Of a stretch of DNA of 64,000 nucleotides, positions 1 through 9,228 are shown piece after piece. Origin of the DNA: a bacterium (lineage in GTDB: Bacteria; Krumholzibacteriota; Krumholzibacteriia; LZORAL124-64-63); the NCBI GenBank assembly GCA_031441465.1, contig JANOEP010000016.1, positions 129,301 through 193,300 of the forward strand, in the 5' to 3' direction. The notes under the pieces are model-generated. The model ran no database searches. It was not told the DNA's origin and was given only the letters and a program-made list of their open reading frames with translations. A program made the position numbers and the translations under genes. Positions within the stretch are counted from its first letter, which is position 1, and each line of letters begins with the position of its first letter.

Positions 1-75
1 TACCGCTACCCCGACCCCCGCGGACGCGGCGCCGCCAAGCTGGAGAAAGCCCGGAGCCCCCGGCGCAAGTCCTGA
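1..75 (+). CDS. 3' end of an upstream gene (YRYPDPRGRGAAKLEKARSPRRKS*), possibly a KamA-family radical SAM aminomutase
   Basis: Frame 1 is open to TGA at 73-75. The YRYPDP tail and the position before paired Ddl-like ligases resemble kamA-type clusters. Only 24 codons are visible. Confidence 0.35.
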   Translation, partial: YRYPDPRGRGAAKLEKARSPRRKS

Positions 76-93
76 CACCGCAGTCCCGACGGA

Positions 94-126
94 ACCGCGC
101 CCGGAGGCACGACCTCCGGGCGCGGT
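94..126. other. Intergenic 14-bp GC-rich hairpin
   Basis: accgcgcccggagg-cacga-cctccgggcgcggt is a perfect inverted repeat with no U-tract. Confidence 0.6.
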
Positions 127-153
127 CACGGCGCACCAGCCGGGGGAGCCAGC

Positions 154-1188
154 ATGCACGTCGGCCTGACCTACGACCTGCGCGACGACTACCTCGCCGC
201 CGGTTACGGCGAGGAGGAGACCGCGGAGTTCGATCGCATCTCCACGGTCGAGGCGCTCGAGGGGGCCCTGCGCGCGGGCGGCCACCGCACCGAACGCATC
301 GGCAACGCGGCGCGGCTCGCCCGCCTGCTGACGGTCGGCCGGCGCTGGGATCTCGTGTTCAACATCGCCGAGGGCCTGCACGGCATCGGGCGCGAGGCCC
401 AGGTGCCGGTCCTGCTCGAGCTGTACGGCATCGCCTACACCTTTGGCGACCCCCTGACGATGTCCCTGACCCTGCACAAGGGCATGACCAAGCGCGTCCT
501 GCGTGACGCCGGCCTGCCGACGCCCGCGTTCGCCGAGGTGGCGCGGCTCGAGGACCTCGCCGGCGTCGATCTGCCGTACCCGCTGTTCGCCAAGCCGATC
601 GCCGAGGGCACGGGCAAGGGCGTCGACGGCGCCTCGAAGCTGCGCACGCCGCAGGAGCTGGCCGAGCGCTGCCGGTCGCTGCTGGAGCGGTTTCGCCAGC
701 CCGTGCTGGTCGAGACGTTCCTGCCGGGGCGCGAACTCACCGTCGGGATCGTGGGCACCGGGGACGAGGCGCGCGTGGTGGGCACCATGGAGGTGGTCCT
801 GCTGCCGCAGGCTGAGGCCGACGCCTACACCTACGTCAACAAGGAGCGCTGCGAGGAGCTGATCGAGTACCGCTTCCCGGACGCCGCCGCCGATCCCCAA
901 GTGGCGACGGCCGAGCGCACCGCGCTCGCGGCCTGGCGCGTGCTGGGCTGCCGCGACGCCGGGCGGGTCGACCTGCGGGCCGACGCGAGGGGCGAGCCCC
1001 AGATCATGGAACTCAACCCCCTGGCCGGCCTGCATCCCGAACATTCGGACCTGCCGATGATCGCCACGGCCAGGGGCCTGCCCTACGCCGACCTCATCGA
1101 CATCATCGTCCGGTCGGCCGCGGTGCGCCGCGGCGAAATTCCCCCGCTGCGCGCGGAGCTGCTCCATGCGGATCCTGATCCTGCATAA
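154..1188 (+). CDS. D-alanine--D-alanine ligase-like ATP-grasp protein
   Basis: DLVFNIAEG, KPIAEGTGKG, ETFLPGRE, GRVDLR and ELNPLAG motifs. Confidence 0.9.
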   Translation: MHVGLTYDLRDDYLAAGYGEEETAEFDRISTVEALEGALRAGGHRTERIGNAARLARLLTVGRRWDLVFNIAEGLHGIGREAQVPVLLELYGIAYTFGDPLTMSLTLHKGMTKRVLRDAGLPTPAFAEVARLEDLAGVDLPYPLFAKPIAEGTGKGVDGASKLRTPQELAERCRSLLERFRQPVLVETFLPGRELTVGIVGTGDEARVVGTMEVVLLPQAEADAYTYVNKERCEELIEYRFPDAAADPQVATAERTALAAWRVLGCRDAGRVDLRADARGEPQIMELNPLAGLHPEHSDLPMIATARGLPYADLIDIIVRSAAVRRGEIPPLRAELLHADPDPA

Positions 1189-2161
1189 CGCGGTCGCCGC
1201 CGACGCGGCGCCCGACGAGCGCGACGTCCTGGACCAGGTCGCGGCGGTCGCGGAAGCCCTCGCGCGCCTGGGCCACGAGCCCGACGCCCTGGGCTGCGAC
1301 CTGGACCTGCCGGAGCTGGGCGACCGCCTCGTCGATGTGCGTCCCGACCTCGTGTTCAACCTCGTGGAGAGCCTGGGCGGCGAGGGCCGCCTCATCCATG
1401 TCGTGCCCGCCCTGCTGGACGCGCTGGGCGTGCGCTACGCCGGCTGCCCGTCCGAGGCCATGTTCACCACCTCGCACAAGATCCTCGCCAAGCAGCTGCT
1501 GGCCGGCGCCGGCCTGCCCACGCCCGCCTGGTACGAGCTGCGCCGCGGCCGGCTCGTCGCCGCCGGCGGCGGCGTTTCGGCGCCCGCGCGCTGCCTGGTG
1601 AAGTCGGTGTGGGAGGACGCGTCCCTGGGCATGGACGACGACGCGGTGGTGGCCGCCGATCCGGCGACCCTGCGCTCGGCCCTCGCGGCGCGAGCCGGCC
1701 GTCCCGGCGCCCCGTGGTTCGCCGAGGCTTTCGTCGACGGCCGCGAGTTCAACCTCTCGGTGCTCGACGGCCCCGACGGCCCGCAGGTGCTGCCGCCGGC
1801 CGAGCTGACCTTCGTCGACTACCCGCCGGACAAGCCGCGCATCGTGGGCTACGCCGCGAAGTGGGACGAGGGCTCCTTCGAGTACTCCCACACCGTGCGC
1901 ACCTTCGACCTCGCGCCCGCCGACGCGCCGCTGCTGGCGCGCCTGCGGGAGCAGGCCCTGGCCTGCTGGGACCTGTTCGGCCTGCGCGGCTGGGCCCGAG
2001 TCGATTTCCGCGTGGACGCCGCCGGCGAGCCTTGGATCCTCGAGGCGAACGCCAATCCCTGCCTGTCCGCGGACGCCGGCTTCCAGGCCGCCGTCGCCCG
2101 CGCGGGCCTGACCTTCGACGACGCGGTCGCGCGCATCCTCGCGGCCGTAACCGGAGCGTGA
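1166..2161 (+). CDS. Second D-alanine--D-alanine ligase-like ATP-grasp protein
   Basis: DLVFNLVES, KSVWEDASLG, EAFVDGREF, ARVDFR and EANANP motifs; overlaps the first ligase by 23 bp. Confidence 0.9.
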   Translation: MRILILHNAVAADAAPDERDVLDQVAAVAEALARLGHEPDALGCDLDLPELGDRLVDVRPDLVFNLVESLGGEGRLIHVVPALLDALGVRYAGCPSEAMFTTSHKILAKQLLAGAGLPTPAWYELRRGRLVAAGGGVSAPARCLVKSVWEDASLGMDDDAVVAADPATLRSALAARAGRPGAPWFAEAFVDGREFNLSVLDGPDGPQVLPPAELTFVDYPPDKPRIVGYAAKWDEGSFEYSHTVRTFDLAPADAPLLARLREQALACWDLFGLRGWARVDFRVDAAGEPWILEANANPCLSADAGFQAAVARAGLTFDDAVARILAAVTGA

Positions 2162-2166
2162 TCGCG

Positions 2167-2670
2167 ATGACGACCCCTACCGAGTTCCGCACCGAGACCC
2201 GCCCGGCCGACGTCGCGGCCGTCCGCGACTTGGCCGCGGCCACCGCCTACTTCTCCCCGTCGGAGGTGGCGATCGCCGCCGAGCTGGTCGAGGAGCGCCT
2301 ACAGAAGGGGCCGGCCAGCGGCTACGAGTTCCTCTACGCCGACGGCGCCGACCGTCTCGAGGGCTACGCCTGCTACGGCCTGATCCCCTGCACACTATCC
2401 AGCTACGACCTCTACTGGATCGCCGTGCAACCCGACACCCAGGGCAGCGGTCTGGGCCGCCGCATCCTGGAGGACTGCGAGCACCGCATCCGCGCCTTCG
2501 GCGGCACGGCCGTCTACGCCGAGACCAGCGGGAAGCCCCAGTACGTCAGCACCCGGAAGTTCTACGAGCGGTGCGGGTACGACACGGGCGCGGTCTTCGC
2601 AGACTTCTACGGGCCCGGGGACGACAAATACGTCTTCGTCAAGAAACTGGGCGTGGTATCCCCGTCGTGA
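2167..2670 (+). CDS. GNAT family N-acetyltransferase
   Basis: LYWIAVQPDTQGSGLGRRIL acetyl-CoA motif A and RKFYERCGY. Alternative GTG start at 2158 overlaps the upstream stop. Confidence 0.88.
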   Translation: MTTPTEFRTETRPADVAAVRDLAAATAYFSPSEVAIAAELVEERLQKGPASGYEFLYADGADRLEGYACYGLIPCTLSSYDLYWIAVQPDTQGSGLGRRILEDCEHRIRAFGGTAVYAETSGKPQYVSTRKFYERCGYDTGAVFADFYGPGDDKYVFVKKLGVVSPS

Positions 2671-2785
2671 CAGGGGACGCGCGCCGGGCACCTCCTGTGC
2701 CCGGCGCGCTTGACCTCCAGGCCCCTTCGCCATCCTGGCTCCGGGGCCTTCCGGACACCCCTGTCACGACGGGGATGACACGCCC
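2649..2785 (+). repeat. Structured two-hairpin repeat element, copy A
   Basis: Outer IR 2649-2676 / 2758-2785 (28 bp, 2 mismatches) encloses hairpins with CTCCT and ATCCT loops. The left arm contains the last GNAT codons and its TGA. Confidence 0.85.
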
Positions 2786-2888
2786 GAGACAATAGACGCC
2801 CACGCAGCCGCTTGATACACCTGAACGTCCCCAACTGAAGTATCATGATGCGGGTGGTGGGTTGATTGCACCCTTGGAAGGACGCACG

Positions 2889-5546
2889 ATGAATCTCCGC
2901 CGTAGTATGGTCCTGGTCGCCTTGGTCTGCGCCTGCGCGGCATGGGGTGAGCCGGCGAACGCCGCCGTCGCGGATCTGCCGGACGAGGTGTTCTACCACA
3001 TCATGCCGATCGCTTGGCGGGACGGGAACAACGATGCGCAGCGGTTCGGGGACTTCGGTGGGCTGACGGCGTCGCTGCCGTACCTGCAGGGCCTCGGCGT
3101 GACGGCGATCTGGCTCAACCCGATCTTCCCGTCGCCCGCCTACCACGGCTACCAGCACGGGCCGGCTGATCAGCTCAACCCGTGGTTCGGGAACGAGGCC
3201 CAGCTGGTGTCGTTCCTGGAGGCGGCCCACGCCGCCGGCCTGAAGGTCTTCGTGGACTTCGTGGCCTACGGCATCAGCCGCGACGCGGTCTACTTCCAGG
3301 ACGCCTACGCGAACCCGTCCAGCGTCTACGACACCTGGTTGGCCTTCACCAACGCGGCCAACACGCAGTACCAGGGCTCGACCTTCACCACCTGGAACGG
3401 GGCCACGGTGCGGCAGATCTGGTGGGACCTGCGCGACCCCGGACCGGTTGGACTAGTCACGCAGTGGGCGCAGCACTGGCTCGACCCCGACGCCGACGGC
3501 GACTTCGGCGACGGCCTGGACGGCTACCGCCTCGACCACGTCTGGTCGACCTACCCCAACGGCACCGGTGGCTGGGGCTACCACATCGGCTCGTTCTGGG
3601 CCCCCTGGCGCGCGGCGCTGCGCGCGGTCAACCCCGACGTGGTCGTCTTCGCCGAGCAGGCCGACTGGGGCAGCTACGGCACCGACCTGTTCCCCGGGAT
3701 GGACGCCGCCTTCACCAAGCCCTTCGAGTTCGCCGCCCGCGACGCCCTGAGCTGGGAGGACGCCGGCCCGCTGTACTCGTCGATGTCCGCCACGGTCGCC
3801 GCCCGCGACGCGGCCGCGGTCGAGGGCACCTTCCTCTGCACGATCGGCAACCACGACGTCGGCCGCCTGGCCACCTCGATCGGCGATTCGTTCGCCAAGG
3901 GCAAGGCCGCCGCCGCCGTCCTGCTGACCCAGCCCTTCGCCCCGAACCTGTACTACGGCGACGAGATCGGCATGCGCGGCGCCAAGAACACGGGCTACGC
4001 GGGCGACGCCGCCGACATCCCCATGCGCGAGCCCTTCAAGTGGAACGCCGTGGCCGGCCCGCCGATGAGCAACTACTTCGTGCTGAACGCGGCCGCCTAC
4101 ACGGGGCGCATCTCGCAGAACAACGACGGCCGCAGCGTCGCCGAGCAGCAGGGCGTCTCCGGCTCCCTGCTGGAGGCCTACCGCGGGCTGATCGCCGCCC
4201 GCAGGGCCAGCGTCGCCCTGCGCCGCGGCGGCTACGCGCCGGTGACGGCGAGTGTGGCCTCCGTCTGGTCCTTCGTGCGCGACCACGCGGACCAGCAGGT
4301 CCTGGTCGCGATCAACGTGAGCGGCTCGTCGCGCTCACTCAGTCTGGACCTAGGCGATTTCGCGATCGCCGGCGGCGCGACCACCCCGACGGACCTGCTG
4401 ACCGGCGCGACGCTGCCCGCGCTCACCGACGCCAACAAAGGCGCCTACCCGCTGACTCTCGGCGCCTACGGCTACCGGCTGCTGCAGGTCGCGGTGACCG
4501 CTCCAGAGCCGCCGGCGAGCCTGCTGGACGGCCTCGCCGTGGCGAACCTCGCGCCGCCGCTGGCCCTCCAGGACACGCCGACCAACCTGGGCGACAACGT
4601 CTCGGAGCTGGACCGGCTGTTCGCCCGCGTCGCGGGCGATTCGCTCTTCGTCGGGCTGACCGGCAACCTCGCCACCGACGGAACCGGCCTCTGCCTGCTG
4701 CTGGACACCGCGCCCGGCGGCCAAATGGTCCTGGATCTCGGCGGCGTGCCCGTCCCGCCCAGCGGCCCCGAGCAGCTGACCGGGCTGCGCCTGGACGCGG
4801 GCTTCGCGCCGGACCAGCTGCTGTTCGTCAACGCCTACGCCGGCAACGTCTACGTGGACCAGTACACCCTGCCGGCGGGCGGCGGCGCCGTGAAGACCTA
4901 TCGTGGTGCGGGCGTCGTCGGCAGCGGCGGCGGCCTGCTGGCGGGCGGCGACAACCCCGATGGGATCCAGGTCGCGCTGGACAACCGCAACACCGCCGGC
5001 GTCACCGCGACCAGCGCGGCCGCGGCGGCCACCGCCGTCACCGGCTTCGAGATCTACCTGCCCGCGCTCAGCGTGGGCCTGGTGCCCGGCGAGGGCGCGG
5101 CGCCGCAGCTGGCGGCCTTCCTACTGCGGACCGACGGCGCGGTCACCAACCAGTGGCTGCCCGGACTGGGCGGCACGCTGACGGAGCCCGGCCTCGCACC
5201 GGACCTGGCCGACTACCCCGGCGACCAGTTCGTCGCCCTGCCGGCCGCCACCGCCGTGCCCGACACCGCCCCGTCGGTCTTCGGTCTGCGCGTCGAGCGG
5301 AACGCCGGTGCGGACACCGAGTTCTGGTTCCGCCTGCCCGAGGCCGCGGTCGCCCGCCTGGAGATCATCGATCTGCGCGGCCGCCGCGTGCGCACGCTGC
5401 TGGCCGGACCGGCCGTCGCGGGCGAGCAGATGGTCGCCTGGGACGGCGCCGACGACCGCGGGTCCCGCCAGCCGGGCGGGCTCTACCTGGCCAAGTTGAC
5501 GTCGGAGGGCCGCAGCGAGGTGCGGCGGGCGGTGCTGGTGCGGTGA
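2889..5546 (+). CDS. Secreted GH13 alpha-amylase family protein with C-terminal FlgD-Ig/T9SS-like domain
   Basis: Signal peptide; YHGYQ, DGYRLD, FAEQ, NHD and YYGDEIGM motifs; tail IIDLRGRRVRTL..WDGADDRG..GLYLAKL. GGAAGG RBS before ATG 2889. Confidence 0.9.
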   Translation: MNLRRSMVLVALVCACAAWGEPANAAVADLPDEVFYHIMPIAWRDGNNDAQRFGDFGGLTASLPYLQGLGVTAIWLNPIFPSPAYHGYQHGPADQLNPWFGNEAQLVSFLEAAHAAGLKVFVDFVAYGISRDAVYFQDAYANPSSVYDTWLAFTNAANTQYQGSTFTTWNGATVRQIWWDLRDPGPVGLVTQWAQHWLDPDADGDFGDGLDGYRLDHVWSTYPNGTGGWGYHIGSFWAPWRAALRAVNPDVVVFAEQADWGSYGTDLFPGMDAAFTKPFEFAARDALSWEDAGPLYSSMSATVAARDAAAVEGTFLCTIGNHDVGRLATSIGDSFAKGKAAAAVLLTQPFAPNLYYGDEIGMRGAKNTGYAGDAADIPMREPFKWNAVAGPPMSNYFVLNAAAYTGRISQNNDGRSVAEQQGVSGSLLEAYRGLIAARRASVALRRGGYAPVTASVASVWSFVRDHADQQVLVAINVSGSSRSLSLDLGDFAIAGGATTPTDLLTGATLPALTDANKGAYPLTLGAYGYRLLQVAVTAPEPPASLLDGLAVANLAPPLALQDTPTNLGDNVSELDRLFARVAGDSLFVGLTGNLATDGTGLCLLLDTAPGGQMVLDLGGVPVPPSGPEQLTGLRLDAGFAPDQLLFVNAYAGNVYVDQYTLPAGGGAVKTYRGAGVVGSGGGLLAGGDNPDGIQVALDNRNTAGVTATSAAAAATAVTGFEIYLPALSVGLVPGEGAAPQLAAFLLRTDGAVTNQWLPGLGGTLTEPGLAPDLADYPGDQFVALPAATAVPDTAPSVFGLRVERNAGADTEFWFRLPEAAVARLEIIDLRGRRVRTLLAGPAVAGEQMVAWDGADDRGSRQPGGLYLAKLTSEGRSEVRRAVLVR

Positions 5547-5989
5547 GGCGCTCGTCCCCGCGGTTCGTAAAGTTCTGCGTGGTCGGCGCCACGGGCGTGG
5601 TGGTCAATTCCGGGTCGTTGTGGTTGCTCACACGGCAGGCCGGTCTGGACTACCGCCTGGCCAGCCTCGTCGCCATCGAGCTGGCGATCGCCAACAACTT
5701 CCTCTGGAACGCCCGCTGGACCTTCCGCGCCCGCACGCGCGTCGCCCGCCCCGCGCTGGGGCGCATGTTCCTGAAGTTCAACCTGACCTCCGGGCTGACC
5801 GCGATGGCGGTCAACTGGGGACTGCTGCTCCTGCTGAAGGAAAAGGCGGGGATGGGCGTGGGCGCGGCCAACCTCGTCGGTATCGCGGCCGGCACGGCGG
5901 CCAACTTCCTGCTGAGCCGGGGCTGGGCCTTCCGCTCCGGGTCCGGCAACGCAGAGGACCCGGGTCGCCCCGGGTCCCCGCGCGGATGA
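5543..5989 (+). CDS. GtrA family membrane protein (putative lipid-linked sugar flippase)
   Basis: RFVKFCVVGATGVVVN, NNFLWNARWTF and NFLLSRGWAF with about 4 TM segments; GTG overlaps the upstream TGA. Confidence 0.85.
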   Translation: MRRSSPRFVKFCVVGATGVVVNSGSLWLLTRQAGLDYRLASLVAIELAIANNFLWNARWTFRARTRVARPALGRMFLKFNLTSGLTAMAVNWGLLLLLKEKAGMGVGAANLVGIAAGTAANFLLSRGWAFRSGSGNAEDPGRPGSPRG

Positions 5990-6018
5990 AGAGCCGGCGC
6001 CGGCCCTCCTCCGTGTAC

Positions 6019-6807
6019 CTACCTGTAGAGCGTCTTCACGGAACCCCAGGACGCGGCCTGTTCGGCGACGGGATCGCCCAGGGAATCGCCGGTCTGGCCG
6101 ATGCGCATGATCAGACCGGCACAGTCCGAGGTCATGCAGCTGGCGCAGGTCATGTCGTTGTGCAGGTCGACCTGCAACGCGAGGCTGCTGCCGCACTGGC
6201 CGTTGGGGCAGGTAGGAGGCCCCACCCGGACGTCGGTGACGCTCAGGAGAGGGCAGACTTCTCCGTGCAGGTGGAAGCCGTGATGCTCGCTCGGCGAGAA
6301 GGCGACCTCGTAGAAGATGTCGAAGAACGAACCGGCATGGGACACGTCGAAGTAGCGTCGCGCGTCACCCTCCGGGAACTCGGGGTGCATGGGCACCAGC
6401 GCGGCGGGCGCGCCGGTGGCGGTCGTGTAGTCGCAGAAGATGTCGAAGAAGCTGTCGGCCGCGAAGGAGGGCCCGCCGATGGCGGTGTCGTAGAAGATGT
6501 CGAAGAAGCTGTCGGCGGCCCAGCTGCCGCCGGGGCCGGTGCTGCTCGAGCAGCTCGCATACATCGGGAGCTGGGAGCCAGTGCCGCTGTCGCAACGATC
6601 CAGGTGCATGAAGTCGCGGCCGACGATGGTGATGATCCCGGAACTCGAGCTGGCGCCGACGGCCATCTCCAGCGAACCGCCGGGGTAGGGGGGCGACGCG
6701 ACGGACACCTCGGTGAAGATGTCGAAGAACGAACTGCCGGCCTGGGCGACTAGGGGCAGCGCGCACAGGGCCGACAGGACGCAGGAGAGCGTGAGCATTC
6801 GACGCAT
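6019..6807 (-). CDS. Secreted protein with SFFDIF repeats and C-terminal SWGSVKTLYR motif
   Basis: Signal peptide (LVAQA), four SFFDIF copies, Cys-rich C-terminal half, GGAGG RBS. Confidence 0.8.
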   Translation of the reverse strand: MRRMLTLSCVLSALCALPLVAQAGSSFFDIFTEVSVASPPYPGGSLEMAVGASSSSGIITIVGRDFMHLDRCDSGTGSQLPMYASCSSSTGPGGSWAADSFFDIFYDTAIGGPSFAADSFFDIFCDYTTATGAPAALVPMHPEFPEGDARRYFDVSHAGSFFDIFYEVAFSPSEHHGFHLHGEVCPLLSVTDVRVGPPTCPNGQCGSSLALQVDLHNDMTCASCMTSDCAGLIMRIGQTGDSLGDPVAEQAASWGSVKTLYR

Positions 6808-6884
6808 AGCGGCCTCCGGAGATGGTGGAAACTGTTCCGAACCTCCTCTGAGTCTAAATGAAAATAAGACTTATATCCACTTAA

Positions 6885-9125
6885 TTAATGATCTTCAATA
6901 AATACAACTAGTTGCGACATTGCAGCCGCTGCGGTTGGGTCCGTGCCGGCGAGCGCCCGCAGGCGCGCCAGGTCCCGTGACGCCGCCGCCGGATCCCGGA
7001 AATCGGGGTGCCGGGCCCGCAGCAGACCGCTCGCCAGGACCAGTTCGACCCGCCACGGCGGAGCGGCCGCGTCGTAGCGCGCCAGGAAGTGGTCGAGCAC
7101 GGCCAGGCCCGGATGATCTGCGCTGCGGATGTCGTGCGCCGAAGCCTCCGCGAGCAACCGCGCCGCCCGGGCGACGACGTCCTCGACCCGCCGCCGCTCC
7201 GCCGCCTCGAAGCTCCAGGGATCCTGCCGCCGGAAATACGAGTCGAGGCGCATCCCCGCCAGCAGGTCGGCCGCCGCCAGCGCCTGCTCCCGCAGCGAGG
7301 AAGCGTCACCTTTCGGCACGACCAGCCAGACGAAGCCGTGCGGCACCAGTTCGTACCGCAGCTGGAAGCTCGGCTCCTTCTCGCCGATGACTGCGACGGG
7401 CCGCCGCGGCGTCAGGTGGTCGAACCAGAACAGGTTCACCGAGCCCGGCAGGCCGCTGTAGCGGTCGGCGCTTTCTTGTCGCAGCCCGCCGGGGTTCATC
7501 GCCGCCCATTCCCGCGCGAACACTTCGACGGCCGGCAGGTCGCGCTCGATCCCCGCGACCTGCGCCTGCGGCAGCGTGCGCCAGCCCGCGGTCGTCAGCA
7601 GGGCGAGGTCGCCGTCGCCCCGGTCGGCGAGGCGGCCCCCGAGCACGCTCCTGTCGGTCAGCCGGACGCGGTCGGCGCGATCCAGCGGCGGCAGCAGGTC
7701 GGGCCGGCGCCGTCGCAGGCCGCGCACGTACCAGTCGTGGGTCATCAGCTCCTGGTCGGCCCAGGCCACGTCGGGGCGCTCCCCGCGCACGAAGGTCTCG
7801 TAGGCGAGCGCGTTGTGCAGGACGTCGCCCCGCACGAAGAGCGCGGCGTCGGGCGGCACACTGAGCAGGAGGTTGTGCGCGAGGTCGGCGTTGAACGTGT
7901 TGCCGCGCTGGTCGACCGCGCCGGCGTTGACCAGCAGCGCCGCGGCGACGGCCGTCGCGCCCATGGGCAGGGCCGCGCGCGGGAGGCGCCGGGCGAGCGC
8001 CTCCAGACCGAACCCCGCGCACAGGGCCACCGCGAATGCGGGCAGCGCGTGGAAGCGCTCGACCACGCCGCGCAGGTAGGCCGGCTCAGTCGGGAAACCG
8101 ATCCGCATGAAGAACAGCAACTGCAGGGCGAAGAAGGCGACCAGCACGGCGAGCAGGGAGCGCGCGCCGGGCCGGCCGCGCCGCGCGCGCACCGCCAGGT
8201 CGGTCAGACCGGCGACGGCCAGGACCGCGCCGAGATAGCCGAAGGCGCGGGGCAGCCCGGCCAGCCAGAGCAGCGCCTGGGAGCGGTCGGCCGTGTACCC
8301 GGCGGCCCGGGCGTCCAGCGACAGCGTCCCGTAGTCCATGCGCAGCAGGTGGTGGAACAGGCCGCGCCAGGACGCCGTGTTGCCCCAGGCGATGGCCGGG
8401 TCGCCGGACGGCAGGACCTTCAGCGCCAGCAGCGGCAGCAGGCAGACCAGCGCGATCGCCGCCGCCGCCAGCAGCGCGCGACCGGCGGGCGGCGCGACGC
8501 GCGGCTCCCGTCTCCACGTTCGCCAGGCGATCGCGGCCGTGGCCGCGTCGACGGGCACGGCCAGCAACAACAGGGTGTGGTGGTGGGAGAGGGCCAGGAC
8601 CGTCAGGCCGAGCAGAGCCAGCAGGCGCCTTCCCAACCGATGTCCCTCGGCGGTCACGACGCCGGCGAACACCCACAGCATCGCCGCGGCCAGCAGGCTG
8701 TTCAGGGCGAAGACCTCGGCGACCAGCGACATCTTCCAGGCCGGCGCGCAGAAAGCCCACAGCAGCGCGACGCACACCGCGACGGTCGAACGCATCCCCA
8801 GGCGCCGCGCCGCCGCCGCCAGGAAGCCGGCGGCCAGGCCGTGCGCCACGGCGGACAGCAGCGCCAGGCTCGTCGCGGGTTCGCCGAGCGGGACCAGGCG
8901 CAACCAGAGGTGGCCCAGCAGCGTGTACAGGGGATAGCCGGGTGGGTGCGCGACGCCGAGCCGGTCGGCGACGGCGATCAGCTCGCCGCTGTCGCCGGCG
9001 GGCAGGGTGCGCTGCAGCGTCGCGAGGGCCGCGGCGAGGGCCGCCGCGGCGGTGAGAAGCGCGACGCCCGCTCCCTGGAGGGGGCGGGCGCCGTCGAGGA
9101 TGTTCCGTGCTACGGACCTGCGCAT
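6885..9125 (-). CDS. DUF2723 / TMEM260-like GT-C membrane glycosyltransferase
   Basis: GDSGELI..LGVAHPPGYPLYTLLG and AEVFALN motifs, many TM helices. Start uncertain. Confidence 0.8.
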   Translation of the reverse strand: MRRSVARNILDGARPLQGAGVALLTAAAALAAALATLQRTLPAGDSGELIAVADRLGVAHPPGYPLYTLLGHLWLRLVPLGEPATSLALLSAVAHGLAAGFLAAAARRLGMRSTVAVCVALLWAFCAPAWKMSLVAEVFALNSLLAAAMLWVFAGVVTAEGHRLGRRLLALLGLTVLALSHHHTLLLLAVPVDAATAAIAWRTWRREPRVAPPAGRALLAAAAIALVCLLPLLALKVLPSGDPAIAWGNTASWRGLFHHLLRMDYGTLSLDARAAGYTADRSQALLWLAGLPRAFGYLGAVLAVAGLTDLAVRARRGRPGARSLLAVLVAFFALQLLFFMRIGFPTEPAYLRGVVERFHALPAFAVALCAGFGLEALARRLPRAALPMGATAVAAALLVNAGAVDQRGNTFNADLAHNLLLSVPPDAALFVRGDVLHNALAYETFVRGERPDVAWADQELMTHDWYVRGLRRRRPDLLPPLDRADRVRLTDRSVLGGRLADRGDGDLALLTTAGWRTLPQAQVAGIERDLPAVEVFAREWAAMNPGGLRQESADRYSGLPGSVNLFWFDHLTPRRPVAVIGEKEPSFQLRYELVPHGFVWLVVPKGDASSLREQALAAADLLAGMRLDSYFRRQDPWSFEAAERRRVEDVVARAARLLAEASAHDIRSADHPGLAVLDHFLARYDAAAPPWRVELVLASGLLRARHPDFRDPAAASRDLARLRALAGTDPTAAAAMSQLVVFIEDH

Positions 9126-9228
9126 GGGAAAATCCTAGCTCCGGCAGTGGTGTTCGGCAAGATCACGGCCGGGAGGTTGCCCCTGCGTTCGTGGTTCGTC
9201 ACCCGTCCCGTCCGATTCGTTGCGCCGC

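Noticed and set aside
94..126. Hairpin as a sixth copy of the two-hairpin element
   Set aside because: Single stem only; lacks the linker, the second hairpin and the outer IR.
6435..6516. 25-bp direct repeat with a 32-bp spacer (mini-CRISPR-like)
   Set aside because: It encodes the ADSFFDIF protein repeat in frame; only two exact copies.
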